Part shown: positions 14,059 through 27,299 of the stretch, piece after piece
How the letters are laid out: the number at the start of each line of letters is the position of its first letter
Numbering within the stretch: the stretch's first letter is position 1
Assembly: GCF_036321535.1 (NCBI RefSeq)
Contig: NC_087437.1
Coordinates: 105,402,001 to 105,466,000, forward strand
Source of the DNA: Camelus dromedarius
Lineage: Eukaryota
Direction: 5' to 3'
DNA length: 64,000 nucleotides
The notes under the pieces: generated by a model
What the model saw: only the letters and a program-made list of their open reading frames with translations
Told to the model about the DNA's origin: nothing
Databases searched by the model: none
Program-made: the position numbers and the translations under genes

Positions 14059-15066
14059 AGGCATACCCCAAAGACATCGTGGGATTTCAATAATTATTTA
14101 ATTTCCCAATGTATGCTTTATCATAAAAAACTGAACAAGTTCATATTATTCGATATTTAGATTATAAATAAATTACTATAAATAATACTGCACTGGACAT
14201 CTGTATGGCTAATTTGTTCACACTTTCTCATTATTTTCTTAGAAATATATTTGCAGTGCTCATTTATCTTATCAAAATACAGACAAATTTCCCAATTGTA
14301 CTCCAGGTAATTTATCCTAGTTTACACATCCACCATAGTATTTGAGAGATTTAGTATCTAATAATTTGCCAATACTTCTTATTGAGTGCTTACACTGATA
14401 AAATAAATAAATCTGTAGAAATCACATTTTCAAAGGTAATGTATAAAATCTATGTTGATAGGTGTTGACAACAACAAGATATTGGTATTTTGAGGGATTT
14501 ATAACTAACGCATACACTATTGTAGGGAAAAGGAGTAAGACAAATTTTCTTGTGAAATTCTTTGTTATTTTTAACTGAAAAAGTAGAGTCTGTTATATTG
14601 TATTTTCTTCTCTTGAGAGTACTGAAGTATTGGTAGCTGCTCACCAAGGAAAACATCTGAAGAGGAACAATTATTTTTGCAGTAGACATGAGATAGAATG
14701 TTAATGAGCTATAACTTAAGTATCAAGATAATCCTCTGCTACACAGTGGACTTTTTTCAATATGCAGCAATAAAAATCATCTACACCTCTTTCAAGGAAC
14801 TAAGAAACTCAGAGAGAGACATCTACATTATCTGAATAATAACAAACCTGAACAATAATATCAATTACAAATGTATTTAGCCCGTATGTCTCTTAGTCTC
14901 CAGTAAACATTTGAAAATTACGTATTATAGAATATTGTTAATACAGAAATTAAACAAAACTATAACTGCAGACCATGTGATTTACTTGATTCATCACAAT
15001 GGAAATGGATAAACTGAAATTGTAGTCTAAAATGTTGCATGTTATTTGAATGAAGATTAAAGGACA

Positions 15067-15085
15067 TACTACCACCTAGTGGCAA
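15067..15085 (-). promoter_or_regulatory. Candidate CTCF binding site
   Basis: Minus strand reads TTGCCACTAGGTGGTAGTA, a close match to the CTCF core (GCCACYAGRKGGCRS), in non-repeat sequence. Confidence 0.55.
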
Positions 15086-15319
15086 AATGTGTTGATCTAG
15101 GAAAACGATTTTCATTTTTTTTTTCATATGAATACCAGGCTGACGTGTGAATATGTTATGGCTAAATGAGGTGTGTAGTAATTAACAAAATTGTGCATAT
15201 GTTAGGTTCTTAACTGCTACAGACTTTATTCTATTTATTTTAACAGTTCAAGCACCTTCACAAGAGGGAGATAGATATTATTGTAGATGTGACTCCAGGG
15301 AACAAAAATAGTAGCCTAG

Positions 15320-15559
15320 TTTCTCCTCTCTCGGACCCCTGCTTCTGTTACTATACTCCCTCTCTGACATTGATACTCCTGTCTTTCCTTATAAAAACTC
15401 TTGAGATTATAATTGGGCCACTTGGATAATTCAGGATAATCTTCCCATTTTAAAATCCTTAATCATGCCTGCACTGTTCAATTTAGCATGTAACATATTT
15501 ACCAGTTGTGGGAACTAGGGTGTATATATCTTTGGGAACCAATTATTCTCTCTACCATA
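15320..15559 (-). mobile_element. MaLR LTR fragment (MLT1C/D-like)
   Basis: tgggccacttggataattcaggataatcttcccattttaaaatccttaa...attattctctctaccata. Confidence 0.75.
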
Positions 15560-15569
15560 AATTGGTTAA

Positions 15570-17065
15570 CTTTGAATCTATTATTTTTTTCCATTTGTCC
15601 CATCTTTCTTTTGTTTCTCCTCTTTTCCTGCCTTCTTTAGGTTTGAATATTATTTTATTTTTGAGCCCATTTCATCTCTCTATCTAGTGTATTCTAGCTC
15701 TTTGTATTACTTTAAGGTTGATTGAAGGTTGTAACATCTTTATGTTGTTACAGAATAAGTCTTTTACAACAGTATACTTCCACTCTTCCCTGCAAACCTT
15801 TGTGACATTCTTCCCATATATGTTATAAACTGTAAAATACATAAGTTTTACTTTAAACTTGTAATTAGGCACGCAAAATTAAAGTTTTATAGTTATAGCC
15901 TTGTTGCCATTCATAGTACTCCTTATCCTTTGTATAGATCCAAGCTTCTATCTGGTGACATTCTCTTCTGTGTGAAGGACTCCTTTGAAATGTTTGCAGT
16001 GCAAATCTGCGGGTTACAAAGTTTTTAAGTTTTTATACTTTGTCTTCATTTAATTTTCTTTTTGAAATATATATTCACTGAGTAAATATATGTAGGTTGA
16101 CAGTTTTGTGTTGTTTTATTTTGTTTTTGTTTTTCAATTATGTTGATCTAATTCGATGAAAGAATTTTTTTGTTTTGGTTTGGTTCATTTTGTTTCTTTC
16201 AAAATACATATTTTAAAAATATTTAAGATTTTTCTACTAATATTATTATTTATATAATTTCTTGGTTAATTTTGGTTGAATATGTATTTTTTTCTTAACT
16301 ACGGAATGCATCTTTGAATACCTGGCAATTTTGATTGATTGCCGGATCATGTAAATATACCTGATTGGGTGCTGAATATTTGTATTCTTAAAAAATATTC
16401 TTGAGTTTTGGTTTTGTTTTCTCAGATGCAGTTAAGTTACTTGAAATCAATTTGATCATCTTGTGTCCTGCTTTTAAACTTGGTTTATGCAATGTTTAAT
16501 CTCTGGCTAATTCTTCATGGCTACCAGGGTAAGATCCTTCTTTATATTCTACTCATTGTCCATAAATTACAAGGTTTTCTACTTGCCTTGTATTTTTTTT
16601 TTTTTTGGCATAGTTCCTTTTAATATTCAAATTTTAGATAGTTCTTTTTCTGGCCTCGTGTGGATTCCTCACTCATGTGCCCTGAACGATACTCAGATTG
16701 ATAATGTGTGATGAACAATTTGCAGATCTCCAGACTTTCTCTCTGGGCAGCTCTCTCTTCCCCAGCACCCTGGTACTCTGTCCTAGAAGACTCAGATGCC
16801 TTGGTTTCCCTGGATTACTACCTTAATTTATCAACTGAAGTGACTGTGGATACTTCCTGGGTTACTCCCGCTTAGGTTGTAGGCTATAAACTCTCTGGTC
16901 AGTAATCTGGGACAATTTTAGGGCTCATTTCATTTTTTTCCCAACTCTTAGAGATCACTGGATTTCCTTGCCTGTTAATTGTTGTCTTGTGAAGCAATGT
17001 GTCATATATTTAGATCAGTCTTTCAATTGTCCCAGGTGAGAATATGGTCCCTGTTATTCCATAAG
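15570..17065 (-). mobile_element. Old L1M 5'/ORF1-region fragments
   Basis: T-rich antisense L1M motifs (gtatagatccaagcttctatctggtgacatt, tgcagatctccagactttctctctgggcagctctctc, ggtccctgttattcc). Confidence 0.65.
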
Positions 17066-17089
17066 AAGAATTACTTTCACAATTTTTTT

Positions 17090-17315
17090 TCAAATTTTAA
17101 GTTTGAACACTTTTAAAACTATAACAAATTTTTGAGAACACAAGGAACATCCATGTACCTCTCATTTAGATTCATTGATTTTTAATATTTTGCAATATTT
17201 TCTCCTCAATATATATCTAAAATTTTTGCACCATTCAGAGTAAGTTGTGGGCATCATGAGCTATTACCCCTTAATACTTCAGCAAATATTTCTTGAGAAG
17301 AAGGAAAATCACTTA
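17090..17315 (-). mobile_element. Old L1 (L1MC-like) 3' end
   Basis: gagtaagttgtgggcatcatg...ttaccccttaatacttcagc is an L1MC 3'UTR motif. Confidence 0.6.
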
Positions 17316-18947
17316 GACTAAATAGCAAAAGTATTCTGTTGTCCTAGTAATACAAAAGCAAACATCTCCTGATGCTTTGGCTTGTCAAAACAGAGGAAGT
17401 AAATTTGCCAAATCAGTAGTTGAGAATCAGAAGCCAAGTGCTGAATTAATTTGTTCCAAGTTAGATGTTGACATCTAAAAGAGATACTCCAGCTGGAGTA
17501 CAAGTACCGTTTAATCAAGTTTACAAAAGTAGTTGTGATAGAAGATGATAGTAACACAGAAAGCAGAGACTAAACATGCAGGGCTTTTAAATGACTTGAT
17601 CAAATCTATATTTTCAAGGACCTAAGAAGTTAAATATTAACAGGGTTTGAACAAGACATTTTTGTATTCATAAATACGCTTCTTTTTAGAGAATGAATTT
17701 AAGGTTTCAGAGGGGCAGCCAAAAAAGACACAGTCATACACTGTAACTATAATCTAGAAGGATTATCATAGTGGTTCCGTGTAGGTTACTTGTCATGAGG
17801 TTGGAGAAATATAGAAATATTTGATTAAAAATTAATGAGAAATAAGGATCAATTGAAATCAGATAGATTAGGTAGACAGATCAGATCCTAATCACTTTTC
17901 ATTCAAACTTCAAGGAATTAAAGGGAGAGAGGAACTGTTTCTCATTGGTATTATTTTTTAATTTTTAATTTTAATATACTATTGGAAAAACAGTTTTCAG
18001 TAACGTCTGTACCAAAAGACTGGAATTTGCTAGAGCAAACCTCTGAAATGATTAAAATAAATAAATCAGTTGTGAGAGTGTTGAAATACAGCCTCCTACA
18101 TAGCATTATGGGGAAAAGTTAATTTATCACTATCATGCTTAGATGATTAAACATAATTTGATCTATTAGGAGTGCTAAAGAAATAAGGAACTGTTATTCT
18201 ATTGGGAGGCATGTACAGACATCCTTATCATACACATGTGTAGATTGCTATAAATTAGTTTCTTGTAGATTATGTTTGGAATTTATATTTTTGTTTATGC
18301 TCATGCTTTAGGCAATGTCGATACGTATTTTGAGATGTGTCACTTGCGGTTTATCCAAGTTGCTTTCATATGAGGGCTTAAAAGTGTATGGCCAGCTTGG
18401 TACAATGCTTACTTCTGCATTAGTCAGAACTCATTTTTGTAAATTTAAAATGATTTCCTACTTTATGTTTCCTTCCCATCATTGGACTATAGACATTACC
18501 AATTCTTTAACCTGCATGCTTCTGCAAATAAATTAAATATCCCATGGGTTTTGTATGCTATAAAATTGTCTCGAATCATTTTTTCTCACTTAAATTTTAG
18601 ATTAATAGTTATTTCTGTAGTAGCAACACAGAAGCAAAATGACTTCTAAGATAAGTTTACTTGGCAGAAACATGTACTTTCTTGCCTAAAGAATAGTGAG
18701 CAATGTTTAAGATGCTCGTTCATGTTGGTTTACAGACTAATGCCTCCCTGACCATCCACCAGTGCATTTGAAAATTAACAGCTATGTGTAGCAATGAACT
18801 GAGACAAGTGGTACATGGTGTTTCTCTGAGATTTATCACTTCCACATATCTATTGAAGTTTTCATTAAATTAAATGGTTTTTACTTGCAATGGGATTCAC
18901 ATAGCTTCTTCAGTAAACTTGAAGTTTCTCAAGTAAATAAAAATGGA

Positions 18948-19015
18948 CTATGTCGTACACCTGAAACTAATACAATATTGTAAATCAACTATACTTTGAG
19001 GAAAAAAAAAGAAAA
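18948..19015 (+). mobile_element. Tiny 5'-truncated L1 3' end with A-tail
   Basis: gtacacctgaaactaatacaatattgtaaatcaactatact followed by an A-run. Confidence 0.75.
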
Positions 19016-19230
19016 GTACTTGAATTCTGAAGATAAATTTTGCCCTTAAAATCTTAATCAAACTGAATACCTTGAAGTCTCACAAATACCTGGAAAAGTT
19101 ACTACTAAACCCCAAAAAGTTATTTATTAATAACAAATGTTTCTCAAACTATGATTATACTTGCAATTTTTTTGTGAAATTCTTTAAGGATTTTTTGAGT
19201 ATTTAGTCATTACTCAAATGTTACATTTTA

Positions 19231-19327
19231 TTTTATTATAATTTTTTTTTTACTGGAGATACTGGGAATTGAACCAAGGATCTTTTGCCTGCTAAGCCTG
19301 CTTTCTACCCCTGAGCTATACCCACCT
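19231..19327 (-). mobile_element. Camelid tRNA-derived SINE (Vic-1-like) with ~18-bp TSD
   Basis: Minus strand ggtgggtatagctcaggggtagaaag...ccttggttcaattcccagtatctcc + A-tail; TSD ctcaaatgttacatttta (19213-19230) / ctcaactgttacacttta (19328-19345). Confidence 0.85.
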
Positions 19328-22104
19328 CTCAACTGTTACACTTTAGAGAATTTTTTATACGTCTGTAAGAGTGCTCCAGTAACTTATTCCCAGTCATTGT
19401 GCAACATAATTGTATTAAAATGGTTGTTTACATACTCAAACATACACATATGAAACATATTGGAAAATCATAAATATATGCAATCTTAGAGACACATATT
19501 ATGTCTCAGAAAAATAACAACAGCTTCAATAATGGATAAAAATATAGTTGAATGCAATTTTCCAAACAATAATCAGCATAATCAAGCTTTAGTATTTTAT
19601 GAGTACACATCTTGAATTTTGTAAAGCCACATCTTTATGTACAGTGTGATGTTATCTGCTTCATTATCATTATCAAGGTTGACTTGTTAAGCTGTCAAGG
19701 ATGTGATATGGTAATGAACAGATAATTGCAGATCAATTGCAATCAATCAACAGTTTCCTTAACTTCCCAGAATTTTCCTCCTTAGATATTAAATTAGATG
19801 TTATAATGTTGCCACTTAATTAATTCAGATCTGATGGGCCATTTTCCTAGCGTAATTTTATACCATGACTGGATTTTTTAAGTGAAATTAATCAATTTGT
19901 TGCTGTTTCAAAGGAAGCAATGCATTCAGTATTTTAATGCCTTAAACATTACATTGACTTTAGTAAATTCTTTAAATAATATGTAAAGAAATCAATTATT
20001 CACCTATATACAATGTGTCACTAAATAAAAAACATACCTAGAAACATAGAGAATATTTTATATATGAAAATAATGCATATGGATGTTAGTAAGTCTTTAT
20101 ATATTTGTTTAGTCTACGAACTACATAATTATAGCACTTACCTTATTGGATTATTTTGGCGGTAAAAGAGATAATGCACATAAAATAGTTTACATATACA
20201 TTAATTAGCTAAATCCACAGATGCACAAATTTTAAAAACCTTAGTGGCTAAGAAAATAGAATTGACTGTAACCACAAGACCAAGCATAACAGCTAGCTGC
20301 TGACTTCGAAGATCACATGGAAGATCAAGGTTGGAAAGCAATGATAAACAGCAGCCATAGACTGATAAATATTTTCAGAAATAAAGAGTTGTTCTCTAAT
20401 TATGTTGTTGAGTTTTTTTGTTTGTTTGTTTTGTTTTTTGTTTTTTGCTTCTCTTGCTTTGACTCTTCGGAGTTTGGTAAGTTTTTCACCCCATCACTCT
20501 TGGCTTTTTCTATTTCTTTAAAAATATACTATTGTTGGTAACTTATCTATGTATTTCTTTTTAGAGGTTGTGTTTAGATTGAACTAAACTAAAATAAATG
20601 TTTATTAGATAATTTACAAATTTAAGGAAATGTACTTTTTCTGATAACTTTATTTGCTCAAATGGGAATGATGGCTAATAAATAGGTCGATCAAATGATT
20701 TCCCTAGAGACTGAAACTAAAGGCGGTTAAGAGTTGATTAGAGGGTGGAGAAAAACAGAAGCACAAGGAGCTGAGCTCCATTATTGGTGGATGCGCTGTG
20801 TGCTAACAGTCTTTATGGTTTTAGAACCATAAAGCTCACTGATTTTACCTCTTTCTCTCTCTATCTCCATCCACCTTCCAATTTCTGTTGTCCCTATGAC
20901 CTTAATTAGGTGAAACAGCTTATTACTTTTGACCAACTTGATTTTGTGAGTAAATATATACACACATACCTCCGTGTGTGTGTGCCCATGTATAATCAAA
21001 TACTCAAATACTTGAAAATGGAAAGCGATCTTTTAAGTCAAATCTTTGCTTTGTTTTGTTTTGCTTTGTTGTGAAATGAAGAAATTGAAGGAATGAGAAG
21101 TTAAATTTAACTTTTCATTGGTGTCAAGATATCCCCCCATTGGCACTTGTTTTTCATTTCTAAAATTCTTTGATACTAAAAGTTATTGAAAATAAAATTT
21201 TCTATTTCTGTACTTTATTATTCATCTATATAGGTTAAGGCTACATTCAATAAGAAATCACAGATAATTTTTTCATAAAATAGTTTAAATAATATTTAGA
21301 AAAGAAATGGTAGTTGTATTATCCAAATGTAATTCCCAGTACAAGTGTGTTGGTTGAATGAGGGAAAGATATTTCCCAGAGTGAGTACCTGACATTATGA
21401 AAGACTCGTGTTTGAGAATGAGTAACGGGTTTGAGTAATTTATGCAAAAGTTGGATAATAATCTTGCGCATTACTAATGCAGCTTGCAATTTTAGCTGCC
21501 TTTCTTTCTCTCACAGTTGAAGATGAATTGGAAAGGTGCCTTAATCATTTCCACATTTGAAAGGCCTGATTTTCCTCTGTCGGCTGGCAGCTTCCTGTAG
21601 ATCAGTCTGTTCCAGTCCAGATGCACAGAAAGTAATTGGCAGGTCCATTTTATTTGTTTCTTCCTGGCCTTCAACTGCTGTCTGCATCCATTTTCTGGTT
21701 ATGCTTTTAGTATTTGACACTAATGCCAGAAAGTGGTCATTTACTCTTTAGCAAATAAGATAATAGTATATAAATGCTGAAAAAAATAGACCTCAAAACA
21801 GGCAGTTCAGTATCGAAAGAGCTCTAACTCCAGATTACTCTCATTCGCTCATGGACAAACAGCTGCTAGATTAACAGAATTATTTTAAAAAGTCAATTTT
21901 CAGAGTGTAAAACTTGTTAGTAAGCGTTATTTCTGCAGAAAACACATGTGATGGTTGTCTGGCACATCCACTGGGAAAAGGGGGAAGGCAAGTGGTAAAA
22001 AGCTGAAAGATCAAGTTGGCATTTTCTACAAAGCGTGGGTTCAAGTGTGTTCCATAAATGCTGGAGTGGTGGCGGGACCAGAACAGGAGGCTGCATGGCT
22101 GGGT

Positions 22105-22363
22105 CCAAGTGTGTGCTGGAACTGGTCCTGACTGACTCGTGTAAGCAAATTTTAGGGAATTTCACAAGTCAGTTGTTAAACATATCCCTCCTTAAAAAGT
22201 GAATTCTATTGACCTAAAATTAAATAAAATATATTAAAAACAAAGGTAGTATGCACGCGAGCTTTTCATCTCTACTCCACGTTCAGCAAGATTAGTTTTG
22301 TAGCTTGAAATTATCTATAGTGACAGTGTTTACACCATGGAAACAAGCAAAAATACAAATCGG
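22105..22363 (+). mobile_element. hAT DNA transposon remnant (MER63-like)
   Basis: gtgtgctggaactgg...gttgttaaaca...aattaaataaaatatattaaaaacaaaggta...gtagcttgaaat...tttacaccatggaaa. Confidence 0.75.
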
Positions 22364-23307
22364 TACTAACACATATTGGCTTGACCCTTGACCTTAGATT
22401 TAGAGCTTAGAAGTTAGCTTCCCGTGTTGAAAAGATCTTGCAAGTGAGAACAACAGAATTTCTGTGGCAAAAGATAGCAATTAATGACTAAAGGAGTTTT
22501 AACAATGGGACTTGGAAGTGGAATTAACCAATATAAAAACATATTTAAACATTGAAGACTAGGAGATTAATACTCAGTGGGAGAAAAAAATTGCAAAGCA
22601 TCTTACAAAGTGCTGCAACCAGTACATCTTCTTTCCTCATTGAGCTAGCCTCCCTCAGAGACAGGGTCACGACTGTAGTATATGCATAAATAAATAAAGC
22701 TGATCTATATACTGGCCGTGCATACACAGTTATTAGATTAAGCAAATCTTTTATAGCCTCTGCCCTTCTGGACTGATTATCCTCTTGGCATGGAAGTAAA
22801 ATAAAACAAAATAACAAGCAAGTGGATAAATAAATATGTCATAAACTGTAGAAAGAACAGTGAGTTAAAGAGTAGAGACTGATATAAATGAGTATCATTA
22901 AGATGGGACTGCAAATTGGATTAAATAAAGCAATTATTGAAAGCTTCTGTCAGAAAATGATACCAATGGGTGTTCTAGTCCCTTCTTCCCCTTACTAAAA
23001 CTTAGATGTCACCTGAATATTTTGATCTAATTAAAAACTTCTCAAGTGTAGGCTTTCTTTCTCTCACAAGTCTCTACTCTAAACACTTAGTTCCAGGTAA
23101 CTCTGTCTCTGAGCTTCAGGAAAGGAGATTTCCTCACAGACAACCCCTCCCATTTCCAAATCATTCATTTTTAACTTCCCTGAATCACTGGAATTCTTGC
23201 CTTGAGATTCTACCATCAGATCCCCTTCCTTTTCCTGCCATCTGCTGGCCACCCCATCTCTGCTCCTGATTCTCAGAACCTAGTCATTCACAGGCTCCAT
23301 TATTTGG

Positions 23308-23691
23308 TGTTACTGGGCTGAACTGTACACCCCAAAACTCCTATGTTGAAGTTCTAAATCCCGGTACATCAGAATGTGATTGTCCTTGGAGACAGGGCCT
23401 TTACAGTGGTAATTAAGATAAAATGAGGTCCTATGAGTGAGCTCTCACACTAAAACTGATGTACTTTTAAAAAAGAGATTAGGTCATAAACACACACACC
23501 CAGAAAGCCACATGAAGACACCAGAAGAAGACAGCCATCTGTAAGTCAAGGAGCCACACCCTCAGGAGAAGCCAGTGCTGTCAGACCTTGACCTCACACT
23601 TCTAGCCTCTGTACCTGGAGAGAATGCAGTTCTGTTATTTAAGCTACCTGGTCGTGGTACCTTGTAATGGTAGTCTTAACAGACTCACACA
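23308..23691 (+). mobile_element. MaLR solo LTR (MLT1B-like)
   Basis: TGTTACTGGGCTGAACTGT...atgttgaagttctaa...agaagacagccatct...agactcacACA. Confidence 0.85.
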
Positions 23692-23781
23692 GCTGAAACT
23701 GAGACAGAGTCAACCACAAAAGTTGCAATCGTTTTTAAATCTCTCCTAAATATCTCACTTTCTGGCAACCACCTCTTGTAC

Positions 23782-24268
23782 CTTTTATTTTTTTAATTGA
23801 AGTATAGCTGATTTACAATGTTATGTTTCTGGTGTACAGCACAGTGATTCAGTTATGTGTGTATAATTTTTCATATTTTTTATTATAGGTTGCTACAAGA
23901 TATTGGATGTGCTATGCTGTTTTTTGTTTTTTGGGTTTGTTTTTTTTTTTTTTTTTTTTTTTTAATATGTGGTAGTTTGTATCTGCTAATCCCAAACTCC
24001 CAATTTATCCTTTCCCTCCTTTCCACTTTGGTAATCATAAATTTGCTTTCTATGTCTATGAGTCTCTTTCTATTTTGTAAATAAGTATATTTGCATCATT
24101 GTTTTAGATTCCACATATAAGTGATACCATAGATTTGTTTTTCTCTGTCTGATTTACTTGGTATGATAATCTCTAGGCCCATCCATATTCCTGCAAATGA
24201 CGTTATTTCATTCTCTCTCTCTTTTTTTTTAAACATCTGAGTATTATTCCATTGTATATATTACATCT
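23782..24268 (-). mobile_element. Artiodactyl-type L1 3' end
   Basis: aattgaagtatagctgatttacaatg...ttagattccacatataagtgata; degenerate TSD acctcttgta/acctcctgta. Confidence 0.85.
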
Positions 24269-24559
24269 CCTAACCTCCTGTATTTTAAGTCAATTCATTT
24301 ACTAGGTCTTCCCCAAAAACTTTGAATTGATTAAAACTACCAGTTTATTGAACTATTAATTTTTAACTATTCATTAGCTTCCTCATGTGCTGATATTCCT
24401 CTTAGCTTAGATTCGATCCTCCACTTAAGAATGGGTTGCTTTACACTGAATATGTTTTCTAAGGAAAAAACAGTTACAGTTTTATTGTTGATTGACTCCT
24501 ACTGAGTTTCTGCATTTATATACACATATACAATTATTTTGTTCTCACTTATGCCAAAT

Positions 24560-25095
24560 GCTTATTTCTGCATTAATTGATAGGATCATGCAATTTCGCC
24601 TTTTTAGCTTATTGATGTGAGAGATTGCGTAAATTTATTTTTAAATGTTGAAACAAGCTTGAAACGTGGGATAAATCCCACCTGATCAGGGTGTACAATT
24701 ATTTTTATACTTCTTTGGATCTGATTTTCTAATATTTTGTTGAGGATTTTTGCATCTATCTTCGTGAGAAATATCTTTAAAATTTTCTTGAAATATCTTT
24801 GTCTGGCTTTGCTATTAAGGTAACGCCGGCCTCATGGACTGAGTTAGGACGTATTCCTTCTGCTTCTATCCTATGAAAGAGATTATAGAGACTTGGTGAA
24901 ATTTCTTCCCCAAATGTTTAGTAGAATTTATCAATGAATCTATCTGGGCCTGGGGCTTTCTACTTTGTAAGGCTATTAATTATTGGCTCAATTTCTTTAA
25001 GGGGGAATAAGCTTATTCAGATTGTCTATGTCTTGTGTAAGTTTTGTGGATATATAATTTTTCATAGTATTCCTTTATTATTCTTTTAATGAGTA
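24560..25095 (-). mobile_element. Old L1 ORF2 fragment
   Basis: gggataaatcccacctgatca...aatattttgttgaggatttttgcatctat...gtagaatttatcaatgaatctatctgggcctgg. Confidence 0.8.
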
Positions 25096-25839
25096 AAATA
25101 AACTTAGTGTGAAGATTTAAAAAAAATAAGGTATAAGGGTAGCATTAGTGGTATATTTTTTCATTTTATGGATTCTAGAAAATAAGAATTCACAATGTTT
25201 TTCTCTGTAATGCCTGTATCTTTCCTCAGAAAAGATTTGCATGAAAACAGGTTGCTCTGCTGCATATGCAAACAGATAGGTGAATAGGAGGCAGGAAGTG
25301 TCAGAACTTAAAGGCAATGTAGAGAGCTCATAGTGTTTGATGTCCCACGTTTGCTACCAGACTTGAGCATCTGGGAAGAACCTGAACGAAGTCAGTATGT
25401 GAGTATCCAGGTCACTGAGATGCAAGGCTCCAATTTACCCTCCTGGCTTCACAGCCTCAATACCTTTGTATGTTTTATCATATTTTCTCAAAATAAGGTA
25501 AATGTCTACAATCTGAACCTTTTTCTCGAGGCTTCAATAAACCTGGCATAAACCTGATTGAAAGATTGTATCACTGTATTAGCAAGGAGACTCAATTTCA
25601 CCACTTCAGAGTGTGTATATAAGTATTTTGTTTCAGAAAAGGCAATAAAAAACATTTTTGGAGGTGCTCTGATTACATATTTTCTACTGTTTAGCTTACT
25701 CATCCAGCCCCAGGCCCAAATCCCGATCAAAAACTCAAAATACGTAAGTCAGAGATTTGAGAGTGAGGTAAAAGTGAAAAATAATTTCCTCTTTACTGTC
25801 TTAAAATATAAATTAAAAATTTATATATAAAAGTCTGAG

Positions 25840-26110
25840 TGTATCTTTACTCTTGTACTAAATATGACTCCAGATAAATAATACAACTAAAGTGCAAATT
25901 AAAACTCAAAAGTACAATTGGGGAGTGTATTTTAATGGGGACGATCATTCTAGCAAGATACAGAATCAAGAAGCCTTACAGAAAAATATTGAGAACTTTG
26001 ACTACATAAAAATTTTGCATAGGTTAAAAAATGTGACAGAAAAGGTGTAGGTAAATTGCAAAAGATATCTTCATGATATATTTTAAACAATGGACTCATT
26101 TACTTAATCA
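25840..26110 (+). mobile_element. Old L1 (L1ME-like) fragment
   Basis: ctagcaagatacagaatcaagaagcc...ctttgactacataaaaattttgcat. Confidence 0.55.
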
Positions 26111-26980
26111 TACTGTAATTTATCATGTGTCTGTCAAGCTTCAAAAAGATCAGCATTGAAAAATCAAAGCAAAATAAATGTGAGAATGCATTATGATGGA
26201 TTGGTTGTCAGATATTATTAAAATAGAGTTACAGTAATAAACTGTCCCAACTCCTTAACTCTTGTTCGGTTCCCTGTACTAAGTTAATGTGTAAAATATA
26301 TTAAATAAGAATAAAAAGAAATTTGGATAAAGGTTTTCATTAAAGTCTCTTTATTGCTTTAAAGTATAAGAAAATACTATATCTATAAATATTTCTGACA
26401 ATGATAATAAATATTAGTACCATAAATCCTTTATTATTAGCACTGAACCATTCTCTATTTCTTCCAATCTCCCTAGAGAGTTATTGTCATGGGTTGGGTA
26501 AAGTGCCTCTGCACTGCATACCCTACCTTTTGCTCTCCATGATCTGCACAAGTCAGCAATAGCTATCAGTTATAACTTCAGTAGAGCATATGTTTCTTCT
26601 GTATGAGAGAACAGTAAGTATTATTTCAGAAAAATCTGCACGAAAAATAAAACAAGTCTACTAGAGAGACAGAAAGATCCCACATATCTAAAGATCAAGA
26701 AATAATATTTTCAGTTATCAGTATTGATGTTTACTATATGCTAAGCACTGTTTCAAACACATCGTAAGTATTAATTGATTTAATTACATCTCTCTTTAAA
26801 AAAGTACAATGTTAAGTACCCTTGTAATTTTTTGTGACCTAACCTTTCTAAGTCCCATTACATGGTGAAGTCTGGCAAATAGTCTCAAGGCTGTCTATTC
26901 TTACCTATGGTGAAGGTCCCACTAAAAATTCTGAGATAAACTTGGCATCTATTTTAATTGCATTTCTTTTATAATTAGAT

Positions 26981-27299
26981 TATTTAAAAATACACAAAAT
27001 GAACTTATTTACAAAACAGAAAGAGACTCACAGACACAGAAACCAAACTTATGGTTACCAGGGGGGTAGAGGGATAAATTGGGAGTTTGGGATTGGCAGA
27101 TACAAATTATCATATATAAAACAAATAAACAAAAAGGTCCTACTGTATAGCACAGGGAACCATATTCAATGGCTTGTAGTAACCTGTAATGAAAAAGAAT
27201 ATGAAAAAGAATATATATTTGCATAACTGAATCACTATGCTGTACACCAGAAACTAATACAACATTGTAAATCAACTATAGTTCAATTTTAACAAGTTT
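26981..27299 (+). mobile_element. 5'-truncated L1 3' end flanked by a 57-bp direct duplication
   Basis: aatgaacttatttacaaaacagaaa...acattgtaaatcaactata; flanks 26924-26980 and 27300-27356 align ungapped with 8 mismatches. Confidence 0.9.

Noticed and set aside
21490..21545. Splice acceptor followed by a 19-nt microexon
   Set aside because: Weak donor (GTGCCT) and no supporting frame or neighbouring exons.
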